A stretch of DNA of 64,000 nucleotides from Squalus acanthias (Eukaryota): assembly GCA_030390025.1 (NCBI GenBank), contig CM059432.1, forward strand, positions 153,204,001 to 153,268,000, in the 5' to 3' direction. The position numbers and the translations under genes are program-made. Below the pieces are notes generated by a model. It was given only the letters and a program-made list of their open reading frames with translations. It had not been told where the DNA came from and did no database searches. The number at the start of each line of letters is the position of its first letter. Position 1 is the first letter of the stretch. Shown piece after piece: positions 39,598-51,169 of this stretch.

Positions 39598-39880
39598 TGG
39601 TAGCACTTTTACTTCTCAGTCGGAAGGCTGTGGGTTTGTGCCGCGCTCCAGGAATGAGCATATACTCAAACTGCAGTGCAATACTGAGGGAGTGCGATAT
39701 TGTCAGAGGTGCCACTGAGGCCCTTTCTGCCTGCTCAGGTGGATCTAAAAACATGCTAAGGCACTGCTCAAGGAAGAGCAGGGAGTTCCTCCAGCACCCT
39801 GGCAACATTTCACCTTCAACCAACTTTATTTAAAACGGATTCATGTGGTTTTTGCGGCATCTTCTGTGTGAAAATTGGTC
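39582..39880 (+). mobile_element. Deu-domain SINE copy whose head merges with the minisatellite
   Basis: ttggctcagttggtagcact...tgtcagaggtgcc...ctcaggtggatctaaaa...gaagagcagggagttc. Confidence 0.75.
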
Positions 39881-42272
39881 CCGTAAGCTTTCTTTTTTTA
39901 TTTCCCTTGTTCCCCTTTCTTTTCATTTAATTTAATTTCTCCTTTTCTTCCTTTGTTTTCCTATCCATTTTGCCTACTTTTGTTTCTCTTTCAGTTTCTC
40001 TGGCATGCATCAGTCGTGACCTCTGAACAGAATCAGAAGAGGCACAGGAGGAAATAAATGAGACCCAGACTTGAGTCAAGATCTAAACAGCCCAGACAAA
40101 ATGGTAACTCTAAATGTCGAACCCTGAGTGCTGTTTCTGTATGACTAAATTCTGAATCAGTTTTGAATAATCAGATGATTTTTATGAATAAACTGTGTCA
40201 TAGAAATTTTATGATAACTAAATGACTACACTTTCGATTAAAGTAAAAATATTGTGTAATGGTTTTCCCCTTCTCTCTTGAAGGGACTGACTGACTCATG
40301 CTGGAACACTGCTGCATCACAAATATAGCTCATGTGTGAGCTTAGACAGTGAGTGTTAGCTATTTGAGTACATGTGAAATCACAGCCAAATTAGGGTTGA
40401 AATTTGTGCAGTTTTGTGCTATGCCCCCAGTTCCGTTAAGACCTAGATTGAGACTTAATTTCACATTAAGGGCTCTTAACAGATAGGATGAAAGTCCTCC
40501 ATTTGCTATCAGTTTGGGGTGGATTCAAAGTCAGGTCCCAGAGGTGAAAGGACAGTGTGTAACCACAGTCCCTCAATGATTTCTGTATTTCAGGTGTATA
40601 ACAGCATCCCAAACAACACGCCATCAACGTTTCTATCCACAATGTAAAACATATCCAAACATCATGCAAATTTATGCCAAGTAATATGGAAAAATCTCGT
40701 CTTTTAATGTCCAACAGAAACAGCCAGCTTCAGAGTTTCAACATGATCACAGTTCCCATGTGATGTTTCATTTCATGTTTCCTGCAAATATTTATATATT
40801 TACAATGCGCATAAATTCCCAGCTGAGTTATTACATTACTTAACCTGTTTATTTTAAACAAGTTAACTTCTGCATTTAAATAGTGCAGCATGGAGATTGT
40901 GTGAATGAGTTAGCCAGTGTGCTAAGACTAGTGTTGGGAGAGAGTTAAACCCATTGGTGTACACATTAAAAAAGGGGATTCAATAAATTTAAAAGGAACT
41001 CTTGTTTTCTTCACCTGAAGGCATTGAGTCCTTGCTGCTTCCATGAGGCTGATCGTATCTCATCCAGTTGTCCATTATTGATGTGTGAGTATCGGCAAAG
41101 CGTGCTGGCAGGCTGTTTAAACATGGAGGTTGGGGGGGGGGGGGGCGGGTGGAAGACTGGGGGCATTCCAGCTTCTAGAGGGCTGGTAGGATTGCATTTA
41201 GTAATAAGCTAAATCTGTGTCTCCCTACACCAGGGACATTGAAGCTACTTGCTGCACCCCTACTGTCACCTTGGTTGATGTCAGCTGGCCTCTGCACAGA
41301 CCAAGGATACAGGAACAAAAAAAGGCCAACACCTGGGAGGCTAACGCTAAACTCTTACACAGATTTATAAATGTAAGGGCCACATTTAATGTATTCATAA
41401 AACGTATGCAAAGAAACTGCATAGTTACTAACTGATATTCCTAAATGGATAAAATTAATAAATATAAACTACAAAACTTGAATATTTCCTCATTAAATAG
41501 TGTATAAAGGTGACATTTTAATCTAACACGCTGGCTGGGAAACGGATGGGTTCAGGTTGGCTTTTCACCAATTGACTTCAACGAAGAGTAAAATTGGGCG
41601 GGGTGTAAACAAGTGGCCAACCACTGGGCAGGATAGGTTAAAATCCCCCCCAAAATGTTGTGACAGTGTTTATACTGTACTGCAGGCACTTTTATTAGTT
41701 TGGAGAAACTGTTACATTTCAGAAAGAATAAGAGTATTCTGCCGTAGTGTATGATTCTGAGTTGATTTTCCTGCACTTTGCTGAATGTAGGGGTCTGTTT
41801 AAGAACATAAGAAATAGGAGCAGGAGTAGGCCAATCGGCCCCTCGAGCCTGCTCCGCCATTCAATAAGATCATGGCTGATCTGATCCTAACCTCAAATCT
41901 AAAGAACACAAGAAGTAGGAGCAGGACCCGGCCACTCAGCCCCTGGGCCCGCTCCGCCATCCACAGGGCCCTGACCGATCCGAACTCAGCCTCATGTCCA
42001 ATTTCCTGCCCGCTCACCGTAACCCCTAATTCCCTTTACCTCTAGGAAACTATCTATTTCTGTTTTAAATTTATTTAATGATGTAGCTTCCACAGCTTCC
42101 TGGGGCAGCAAATTCCACAGACCTACTACCCTCTGAGTGAAGAAGTTTCTCCTCATCTCAGTTTTGAAAGAGCAGCCCCTTATTCTAAGATTATGCCCCC
42201 TAGTTCTAGTTTCACCCATCCTTGGGAACATCCTTACTGCATCCACCCGATCAAGCCCCTTCACAATCTTAT

Positions 42273-43165
42273 GGGGTAAAAATTCACTTGGTTGCGCCTC
42301 CCGTTAGCGCCTTAAGAGGGCGCTAATGGGGCGTTAAGCCGCTAACGCCCGGGCGCAGCGCTGTTTGCGCCGCTCGAGAACTTAACTTGAGATTGTGCGG
42401 CGGCGCTAAAACTTACCGCTGCGACCACCTGCGCGCGCAGATTGTGACGTCATTCCATGGTGCAACGCCCTTGGGGCGCCCCGGAGCGGAAATTGAGTGG
42501 CGCCCCCTGCCTTACCGCCTGGCGCTTCCAACGACCGGAAGACTGGAACGCTATCAATCGCTGTGGGGCTGGGGGGGGCGCTATTTAAAGGGGGCCTCTT
42601 CCTGTCTTTTATTGTTGGTGGCATTTTTGAACTACGCATTCTGAGAGAGAGAGGGAGAGACTTCTGGAGAGATTCAACGTTGTGTGAAGGAGTTTTGGGT
42701 ACTGAGCAGCACTTTGCAGGTTCATTTTGATTTGCCATTCCTTGTATCGATTTAGCAGAGACTGTGGGAGCTGCACTCTGAGCTCTTTGCCTGGTACTCT
42801 CCATTGTTCTTTCCAGCACATTTGATGTGCAAGTCTCTCCAGGCCGAGATTCAAGGCAGCAATGAACAGGATGTGGATGGAAAGCAAGATTAACCATCCC
42901 CTTTAAGAACTGGCCCGTGCCATTGTGTGTGTGTTCCATTGCTGACTGACATTACATGAGCTTCGCCAGCGCTCCGAGTTAGCGCCTCACTCCTTGGCCT
43001 TTGCGCCTTAAGAGAGGTGTGCAGCACCTGCTTTAGCGCTCCACTCACCTCCCGGGGCGGTAAAAGTGAAGTTTCCTGTCAGTGCCGATAATTAGCGCCA
43101 GGCGCTAATATTTGCGTCCGGACGATATTTGCGCCCCAAATGGGGCGCGACCTCATTTCTACCCC
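42273..43165. mobile_element. Harbinger-type MITE, 893 bp
   Basis: Termini GGGGTAAAAAT / ATTTCTACCCC; TAT TSD at 42270-42272 and 43166-43168. Confidence 0.92.
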
Positions 43166-43335
43166 TATATGTTTCAATAAGATCGCCTCTCATTCTTCTG
43201 AACTCCAATGAGTAGAGTCCCAATCTACTCAACCTCTCCTCATATGTCCACCCCCTCATCCCCGGGATTAACCGAGTGAACCTTCTTTGTACTGCCTCGA
43301 GAGCAAGTATGTCTTTTCTTAAGTATGGACACCAA

Positions 43336-43868
43336 GGGGTAGAGTACCAGGCAAAGAGCTCAGAGTGCAGCTCCCACAGTCTCTGCTAAATCGATACAAG
43401 GAATGGCAAATCAAAATGAACCTGCAAAGTGCTGCTCAGTACCCAAAACTCCTTCACACAACGTTGAATCTCTCCAGAAGTCTCTCCCTCTCTCTCTCAG
43501 AATGCGTAGTTCAAAAATGCCACCAACAATAAAAGACAGGAAGAGGCCCCCTTTAAATAGCGCCCCCCCCAGCCCCACAGCGATTGATAGCGTTCCAGTC
43601 TTCCGGTCGTTGGAAGCGCCAGGCGGTAAGGCAGGGGGCGCCACTCAATTTCCGCTCCGGGGCGCCCCAAGGGCGTTGCACCATGGAATGACGTCACAAT
43701 CTGCGCGCGCAGGTGGTCGCAGCGGTAAGTTTTAGCGCCGCCGCACAATCTCAAGTTAAGTTCTCGAGCGGCACAAACAGCGCTGCGCCCGGGCGTTAGC
43801 GGCTTAACGACCCATTAGCGCCCTCTTAAGGCGCTAACGGGAGGCGCAACCAAGTGAATTTTTACCCC
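43336..43868. mobile_element. Inverted, deleted copy of the 42273 MITE, 533 bp
   Basis: CAA TSD at 43333-43335 and 43869-43871; near-identical reverse complement of 42273-42800. Confidence 0.92.
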
Positions 43869-44589
43869 CAAAACTGTACGCAGTATTCCAGGTGCGGTCT
43901 CACCAATACCTTATATAACTGCAGCAATACCTCCCTGTTTTTATAATCTATCCCCCTAGCAATAAAAGCCAACATTCCGTTGGCTTTCTTGATCACCTGC
44001 TGCACCTGTATACTAACTTTTTGATTTTCTTGCACTAGGACCCCCAGATCCCTTTGTACTGCAGTACTTTCCAGTTTCTCGCCATTAAGATAATAACTTG
44101 CTCTCTGATTTTTCCTGCCAAAGTGCATAACCTCACATTTTCCAATATTGTATTGCATCTGCCAAATCTCCGCCACTCACCCAGCCTGTCTATATCCCCT
44201 TGTAGGTTTTTTATGTCCTCCTCACTTTCTACTTTCCCTCCCATCTTTGTATCATCTGCAAACTTTGATATGTTACACTCGGTCCCCTCCTCCAAATCGT
44301 TAATATAGATTGTAAAGAGTTGGGGACCCAGCACCGACCCCTGCGGAACACCACTGGCTACTGGTTGCCAGTCCGAGAATGAACCATTTATCCCAACTCT
44401 CTGCTTCCTGTTAGATAACCAATCCTCCACCCATGCCAGAATATTACCCCCAATCCAGTGATTTTTTAATCTTGAGCAATAATCTTTTATGTGGCACCTT
44501 GTCGAATGCCTTCTGGAAGTCTAAATACACTACGTCCACTGTTACCTGGGAAGACAAGTCCTATTCCCCAAATTCCACTTACTGCTTAG

Positions 44590-44992
44590 GAAATAAATAC
44601 ATTGGCTCCCAGTCCATCAATACCTCGATTTTAAAATTCTCATCATTGTGTTCAAATTCTTCCATGGCTTCGCCCTTCTTTATCTCTGTAACCTCCTCCA
44701 GCCCTAAAAGCCTCCAAGAACTCTACGTTCCTCCAACTCTGGTCTCTTCTGCATCCCCCACTTCCTTTGCCCCACCACTGGTGGCCGTGTATTCAGCCGC
44801 CTAGGCCCTAAGCTCTGGAATTCCCTCCTTAAACCTCTCCGCCTCTCTGCTCCTTTAAGACACTCCTTAAAACCTACCACTTTGATCAAGCTTTTGGTCA
44901 CCTGTCCTAATGGCTCCTTCTTTGGCTCGGTGTCAATTTTTGTCTGATAATGCTCCTGTCAAAGGTGCTATATAAATGCAAGTTGTTGTTGT
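44590..44992 (+). mobile_element. L2 3' end
   Basis: acattggctcccagtc...gattttaaaattctcatc...ggtgctatataaatgcaagttgttgttg. Confidence 0.88.
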
Positions 44993-45052
44993 TTCATTCA
45001 CATAATTCATCAATCGAATCAAACAGCTAGTGAGAAAATACAGGGACACTAT

Positions 45053-45190
45053 GACCGTAAATATCCCCAGAGCTGGCCCCACTTTGCCACTGTAAGTTTA
45101 TCCGATGTGACGCAGAAACCCCATTTCCACCAAACCTTCGGCTAAGTTATGGTGGTGTAATGGCAGCAGCTCCGAGGGAAATTCCCGGCC
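45053..45190. mobile_element. Very small (138 bp) Harbinger-type MITE
   Basis: Termini GACCGTAAATATCCC / GGGAAATTCCCGGCC (imperfect); TAT TSD at 45050-45052 and 45191-45193. Confidence 0.6.
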
Positions 45191-46042
45191 TATGTATAAG
45201 TAGCTCTGGTGGTATGTTCTGAGGATTACTATTTTACACCTTCCAACACTCTAACTTTGGCAAGGGCTTTGTATCCTGGGTCGGATTTTGTATGTCAGAC
45301 ATTTGAGCAGTCCTGGAAATGCAGATCTTTAAAGCAAACAGATGTATATGCCAGGGCTCTCATTCTATACAGAAACTGCAACAGGCGATGTCATTGCAGT
45401 GATCTCATTTGGGAGCTCGGGAGCAGATTACTTGGAACTTATAGAACCATAGACGCTTTGGTAAAGAAGGAGGCCATTCAATTAACTTAGTGACAGTTCA
45501 TGAAGAGCTCATGCAGGTGATCAGACCCCTGTGATGTCATGTGGTATGGTACTGAGGAACAGCAGACGAAGTGTGCTCTATGCCAATGGAACCTTTCGGA
45601 GTTATTCTTTGATCTGGAGCTCCCAGTAGGCAGTGCCAGGTCCCAGGGAGCACATCTCGGGTTTGAAGCCTCCGGTTTCCAGCCATCTCCCGTCCATTCA
45701 CTTTTAATGAATGGAAAGGTCACAGGTTGTGCGCCTGCAGCTTCCCGAGATGCACTCCGTGCAAGCGCTGCATCCCACATACTGTGAAGTATTAGCTCAC
45801 TCACTGTGATGCTAAGACATTGAGTTTGGTGCAAAGGTCATGAACTCCATCCAGAAACTCACTTGGGAGTTCAGGAGTAGATTAATTGGCAATGATAGAA
45901 TTATAGAAACTTTGGTAGAAAAATAGGCCATTCAGCCCACTGTACTTGTATTGCCGCTCGACTGTCCAATGCAGCTATCGACGTGAGTCCTATTTCATTG
46001 CTCTTTCTCATTTCCCAGCTTTTTCCCTGTACCCTTTAATAC

Positions 46043-46350
46043 AACAATAACAACTTGCATTTATTCAGTGCCTGTAATGTAGAGAAAAGTGCCAAGGTGC
46101 ATCAAAAAGGCACAATCAGACAAAGAAGGAGATATTAGGACTGATCAAAACTTTTGTCAAAAACGTGAGTTTTAAGGAGGACCTTAATAGAAGGGAGGGA
46201 GGTGGAGAGGCAGAGGGCATTAGGGAGAGAATTCCAGAGCATGGGGCCTTGGTGCTTGATGGCACAGCACCAATTGTACAGCAATGGTTGAGGGGGGTGC
46301 AGGTGTATAAAAGGCTAGAGTCAAAGGAATGGAGAGTTCTGGGGTCAGGG
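46043..46350 (-). mobile_element. Old L2 3' end; it probably continues at 51195-51625 beyond the inserted CR1
   Basis: aacaacttgcattta tail; at 51195 onward the minus strand reads MQNSAAYIL...LTDLHWHPI...FKIL. Confidence 0.75.
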
Positions 46351-48482
46351 GAAACATAGAAACATAGAAGATAGGAGCAGGAGTAGGCCATTCGGCCCCT
46401 CGAGCCTGCTCCGCCATTCAATGCGATCATGGCTGATCATCCAAATTCAGTACCCTGGCCCTGCTTTCTCCCCATATCCCTTGATCCCTTTAGCCTTAAG
46501 AAATATATCTAACTCCTTCTTGAATATATTTAATGAATTGGCCTCAACTGCCTTCTGTGGTAGAGAATTCCCCAGGTTCACCACTCTCTGGGTGAAGAAA
46601 TTCCTCCTCATCTCAGTCCTAAATGGCTTACCCCTTATCCTTAGACTGTGACCCCTGGTTCTGGACTCCCCCGCCATCGGGAACATCCTTCCTGCATCTA
46701 GTCTGTCTAGTCCTGTTAGAATTTTATAAGTTTCAATGAGATCCCCTCTCATTCTTCGAAACTCTAGCGAATATAAGCCTAATCGACCGAATATCTCTTC
46801 ATACGTCATTCCTGCCATCCCAGGTATCAGTCTGGTGAATCTTCGCTGCACTCCCTCCATGGCAAGAACATCCTTCCTCAGATAAGGCGACCAAAACTGC
46901 ACACAATACTCAAGGTGTGGTCTCACCAAGGCCCTGTACAACTGCAGCAAGACATCCTTGCTCCTGTACTCGAATCCTCTCGCTTTGAAGGCCAACATAC
47001 CATTTGCCTTCTTAACGGCCTGCTGCACCTGCATGCTTACCTTCAGCAACTGGTGCACAAGGACACCCAGGTCTTGTTGCACTTCCCCTTTTCGCAATCT
47101 ATTGCCGTTCAGATAATAATCTGCCTTCCTGTTTTTGCCACCAAAGTGGATAACCTCGCATTTATCCACATTATACTGCATCTGCCATGCATCTGCCCAA
47201 TCACCCAACCTGTCCAAATCATACTGGAGTTTCTTGGCATCCTCCTCACCGCACACACGCCCACCCAGCTTTGTGTCGTCTGCAAACTTGGAGATATTAC
47301 ATCTAGTTCCCTCGTCTAGATCATTAATACATATTGTGAATAACTGGGGTCCTAGCACCAATCCCTGCAGTACCCCACTAGTCACTGCCTGCCACTCGGA
47401 AAAAGACCCGTTTATTCCAACTCTTTGCTTCCTGTCTGCCAACCAGTTTTCTATCCAAGTCAGTACCTTACCCCCAATCCCATGTGCTTTAACTTTGCAC
47501 GCCAATCTCTTATGCGGGACCTAATCGAAAGCCTTCTGAAAGTCCAAATACACCACATCCACTGGTTCTCCCTTATCTATTCTACCAGTTACATCCTCAA
47601 AAAATTCCAGTAGATTAGTCAAGCACGATTTACCTTTTGTAAATCCATGTTGACTTTGTCCGATCCTGTCACTGTTTTCCAAGTGCTCTGCTATTACATC
47701 TTTTATAATGACTCTAGCATTTTTCCCACTACCGATGTCAGGCTTACCAGTCTATAATTCCCCGTTTTCTCTCTACCACCTTTTTTAAATAGTGGGGTTA
47801 CATTAGCTACCCTCCAATCCATGGGAACTGTTCCAGAGTCTATAGAATTTTGGAAGATGACCAGCAATGCATCTACTATTTCTAGGGCCACTTCCAAGGG
47901 GCCTCGCACAACAAGATTGCTAATTAATCCTTTCTCATTACATAATACCCAGTCTAAATGGCCTGATCTCTAGTTGGTTCCTCGACATATTGGTCCAGGA
48001 AACCATCCTGTATACACTCTAGGAATTCCTCTTCCACAGTATTGTTACTAATTTGGTTAGCCCAATCTATATGTAGATTAAAGTCACCCATGATAACTGC
48101 TGTGCCCTTATTGCACGCATCTCTAATTTCCATGCCATCCCCAACCTCAGCATTACTGTTTGGGGGTCTGTATACAACTCCCACTAACGTTTTCTGCCCC
48201 TTGGTATTTCTCAGCTCTACCCATACAGATTCCACATCATCAGAGCTAATATCCTTCCTTACTATTGTGTTAATCTCCTCTTTAACCAGCAATGCTACCC
48301 CACCTCCTTTTCCTTTTTGCCTGTCCTTCCTGAATATTGAATACCCCTGGATGTTGAATTCCCAGCCTTGGTCACCCTGGAGCCATGTCTCCGTAATCCC
48401 AATTATATCATATCCGTTTACATCTATTTGCGCAGCTAATTCATCCACCTTATTACGAATGCTCCTCGCATTAAGACACAAA

Positions 48483-49332
48483 GGGGGAAAAATTCAGTTG
48501 GTTGCCCCTCCCGTTAGCACCTTAAGAGGGCGCTAATGGGGCGCAAAGCATCTAGCGAAGTTTGCGCCGCTCGCGAAATTAACTAGACATTTTGCGGCGG
48601 CGCTAAACACTACCGCCACGATCTCCTGCGCCGGCAGATCATGACGTCACTCGAGTGCGCAACGCCCCGGTATCGCCCCGGAGCGGATATTGAGTGGCGC
48701 CCCCTGCCTTACCGCCTGACGCTAGCAACGACAGGTTGAGGGGAGCATTCTGCAGTCATGAAGGGAAAGGGGGAGCGCTATTTAATGGTGACCGCTTCCT
48801 GCCTTTTATTGTTGGTGCCATTTTTGAACTACGCATTCTGAGAGAGAGGGAGAGACTTCTGGAGAGATTCAACGTTGTGTGAAGGAGTTTTGGGTACTGA
48901 GCAGCACTTTGCAGGTTCATTTTGATTTGCCATTCCTTGTATCGATTTAGCAGAGACTGTGGGGGCTGCACTCTGAGCTCTTTGCCATTTGATGTGCAGG
49001 TCTCTCCAGGCCGAGATTCAAGGCTGCAATGAGCAGGATGTGGATGGAAAGCAAGATTAACCATCCCCTTTAAGAACTGGCCTGTGCCATTGTGTGTGTG
49101 TTCCATTGCTGACTGACATTACATGAGCTTCGCCAGCGCTCTGAGGTAGCGCCTCGCTCCTTGGCCTTTGCGCCTTAAGACAGGTGTGAAGCGCCTGATT
49201 TAGCGCTGCAATCACCTCCAGGGGCGATAAAAGTCAAGTTTGCAGTCGGTGGCGATAATTAGCGCCAGGCGCTAATCTTTGCGCCCGGCCGATAATTGCG
49301 CCCCAAATGGGGCGATACTGAATTTCTCCCCC
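48483..49332. mobile_element. Harbinger-type MITE, 850 bp, same family as 42273
   Basis: TIR GGGGGAAAAATT / AATTTCTCCCCC; AAA TSD at 48480-48482 and 49333-49335; interior highly similar to 42273-43165. Confidence 0.92.
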
Positions 49333-49365
49333 AAAGCCTTCAGGCTTGTTTTTTTAACACTCTTA

Positions 49366-50146
49366 GGGGGAAAAATTGAGTCGCGCCCCCTTTGGGCCGC
49401 TAACTTCGTCGGGGCACTACTTTTAGTGCCCCATAAAAATTAGCGCCCCCGCGCCGTAAATTGAGTGGTTGCTCCCCAAGAGGGAAGCGGGTCGCTACTG
49501 GAAGCGTCCCGCATCGCTCTTGGGGCGCTGTGAGTCAATATCGTGGTGCTACGGGCGCTGCGGCACGTCGCACCGCGGTATTGCAGGCCTTCCTCCCCTT
49601 CTTAAAGGGGAGAGGCCTTGCACAGCACGAACCGGGGCCCAGCTGGGCCCCCGGGGATCGGGAGTGCCGGCAAAAGAGCCCGGCACTCAAGAGAAGTGCC
49701 AGGCTCTTGGAGCGCAGCCGGCACTTCGCGGGGGGGGGGGGGGGGCTTCACGGGGGCCGGGGACAGCAATGGGGGCAGGTGCTGGCAGGCAGCCAGCAAC
49801 AAAAATGGCCGCCCACCACCTCCCCTTTAACTAGCGCCGCCCCGGCCGCAGGTAGGCCCCCCTGGCCCCGTCGGACATAGCATCCGGCGGTAAGTCAAGC
49901 GGCGCTACCGATGATCACGGCCAGAGTGTGAGCGGGGCGCTGCGCACGGCGATGACGTCATCGCCGGTGGGTGGCGCAGCGCCACAGGGCGCTACCGGTT
50001 AGCGCCAGTTAGTGCCGCCGCTAACCTCCCGCTGAATTTTGCAGGAGGCGTGGGCAGCGCCGCACCCGGGCGCTAGTTGCTTTGCGCCCCATTAGCGCCC
50101 TCTTAAGGCGCTAACGGGAGGCGCAAACCAACTGAATTTTTCCCCC
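49366..50146. mobile_element. Harbinger-type MITE, 781 bp, related ends but a different interior
   Basis: Perfect TIR GGGGGAAAAATT; flanks TTA / TCA; the right ~65 bp is the reverse complement of the left end of the 48483 and 42273 elements. Confidence 0.88.
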
Positions 50147-50419
50147 TCAGACTTTTTAGAATTATTGTTTACTGTGGCCATGTTTGATTTACACCCTTGA
50201 TTTCTCTGACTTCCACTTTTGCTTTTCTCCTTCCTGTCTTTTGCTTCTATCCTTGCTTCCCTTTCCTCTGTCTCCCTGCACAGGTTCCCAACCCCCTGCC
50301 ATTTTCGTTTAAACCCTCCCCAACAGCACTAGCAAACACTCCCCCTAGGACATCGGTCCCGGTCCTGCCCAGGTGTAAACCGTCCAGTTTGTACTGTCCC
50401 ACCTCCCCCAGAACTGGTT

Positions 50420-51169
50420 TCAATGTCCCAGGAATTTGAATCCCTCCCCCTTGCACCATTCTTCTAGCCATGTATTCATCTGAAATATCCTTCTCTTTCT
50501 ACTCTGACTAGTACGTGGCACTGGTAGCAATCCTGAGATTACTACCTTTGAGGTCCTATTTTTTAATTTACCTCCTAACTCACTATATTCAGCTTTTAGG
50601 ACCTCATCCCGTTTTTTACCTATATCGTTGGTACCTATATGCACCACGACAACTGGCTGTTCACCCTCCCCCTCCAGAATGCCCTGCAGCCGCTCCGAGA
50701 CATCCTTGACCCTTGCACCAGGGAGGCAACATACCATCCTGGAGTCTCGTTTGCGGCCGCAGAAACGCCTATCTATTCCCCTTACAATAGAATCCCCTAT
50801 CACTATAGCTCTCCCGCTCTTTTTCCTCCCGTCCTGTGCAGCAGAACCACCCATGGTGCCAGGAAGTTGGTTGCTGCTGCCTTCCCCCGATAAGCCATCC
50901 TCCTCAACAATATCCAAAGCGGTATATCTGTTTGAGAGGGGGATGGCCACAGGGGACCCCTGCACTACCTGCCTGCGCCTACTACTCTGCCTGGCGGTCA
51001 CCCATTCCCTTCCTGCCTGAGCAGTCTTTACCTGCGGTGTGACCAACTCATTAAACGTGATATCCACGACGTCCTCAGCATCGCGAATGCTCCAGTATGT
51101 ATTCATTCGCAGCTCCAGCGCCGCAATGCGGTCTGCCAGTAGCTGCAGCTGGATACACTTCCCGCACAC
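50420..51169 (-). CDS. CR1 ORF1 protein (Cys-rich N-terminal part, coiled coil, SGNH/GDSL esterase domain), partial
   Basis: CGKC..LQLL..RIAALE; IVIGDSIVRG; CLPGARVKDV; VVHIGTNDI. Frameshifted near the C-terminus. Confidence 0.85.
   Translation of the reverse strand: MCGKCIQLQLLADRIAALELRMNTYWSIRDAEDVVDITFNELVTPQVKTAQAGREWVTARQSSRRRQVVQGSPVAIPLSNRYTALDIVEEDGLSGEGSSNQLPGTMGGSAAQDGRKKSGRAIVIGDSIVRGIDRRFCGRKRDSRMVCCLPGARVKDVSERLQGILEGEGEQPVVVVHIGTNDIGKKRDEVLKAEYSELGGKLKNRTSKVVISGLLPVPRTSQSRKRRIFQMNTWLEEWCKGEGFKFLGH

Larger units (their letters stand above)
41799..44540 (-). mobile_element. CR1 LINE (RT to tail) interrupted by two MITEs
   Basis: ORFs 44035..44430, 43862..44176 and 41992..42264; the sequence is continuous once both inserts and one copy of each TSD are removed. 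Confidence 0.92.

Noticed and set aside
39041..39833. Repetitive ORFs (AQYCHLGSVLPPWLS...) and a superficial CRISPR-like look
   Set aside because: These are translations of a tandem minisatellite. There are no unique spacers and no cas genes, and the context is vertebrate.
42387..43754. Identical ORFs on opposite strands (MAPPALPPGAS..., MANQNEPAKCC...)
   Set aside because: They arise from the inverted MITE pair and are not recognisable proteins.
45300..45850. Possible further Harbinger transposase remnant
   Set aside because: Only a vague resemblance; I could not read a convincing motif or termini.
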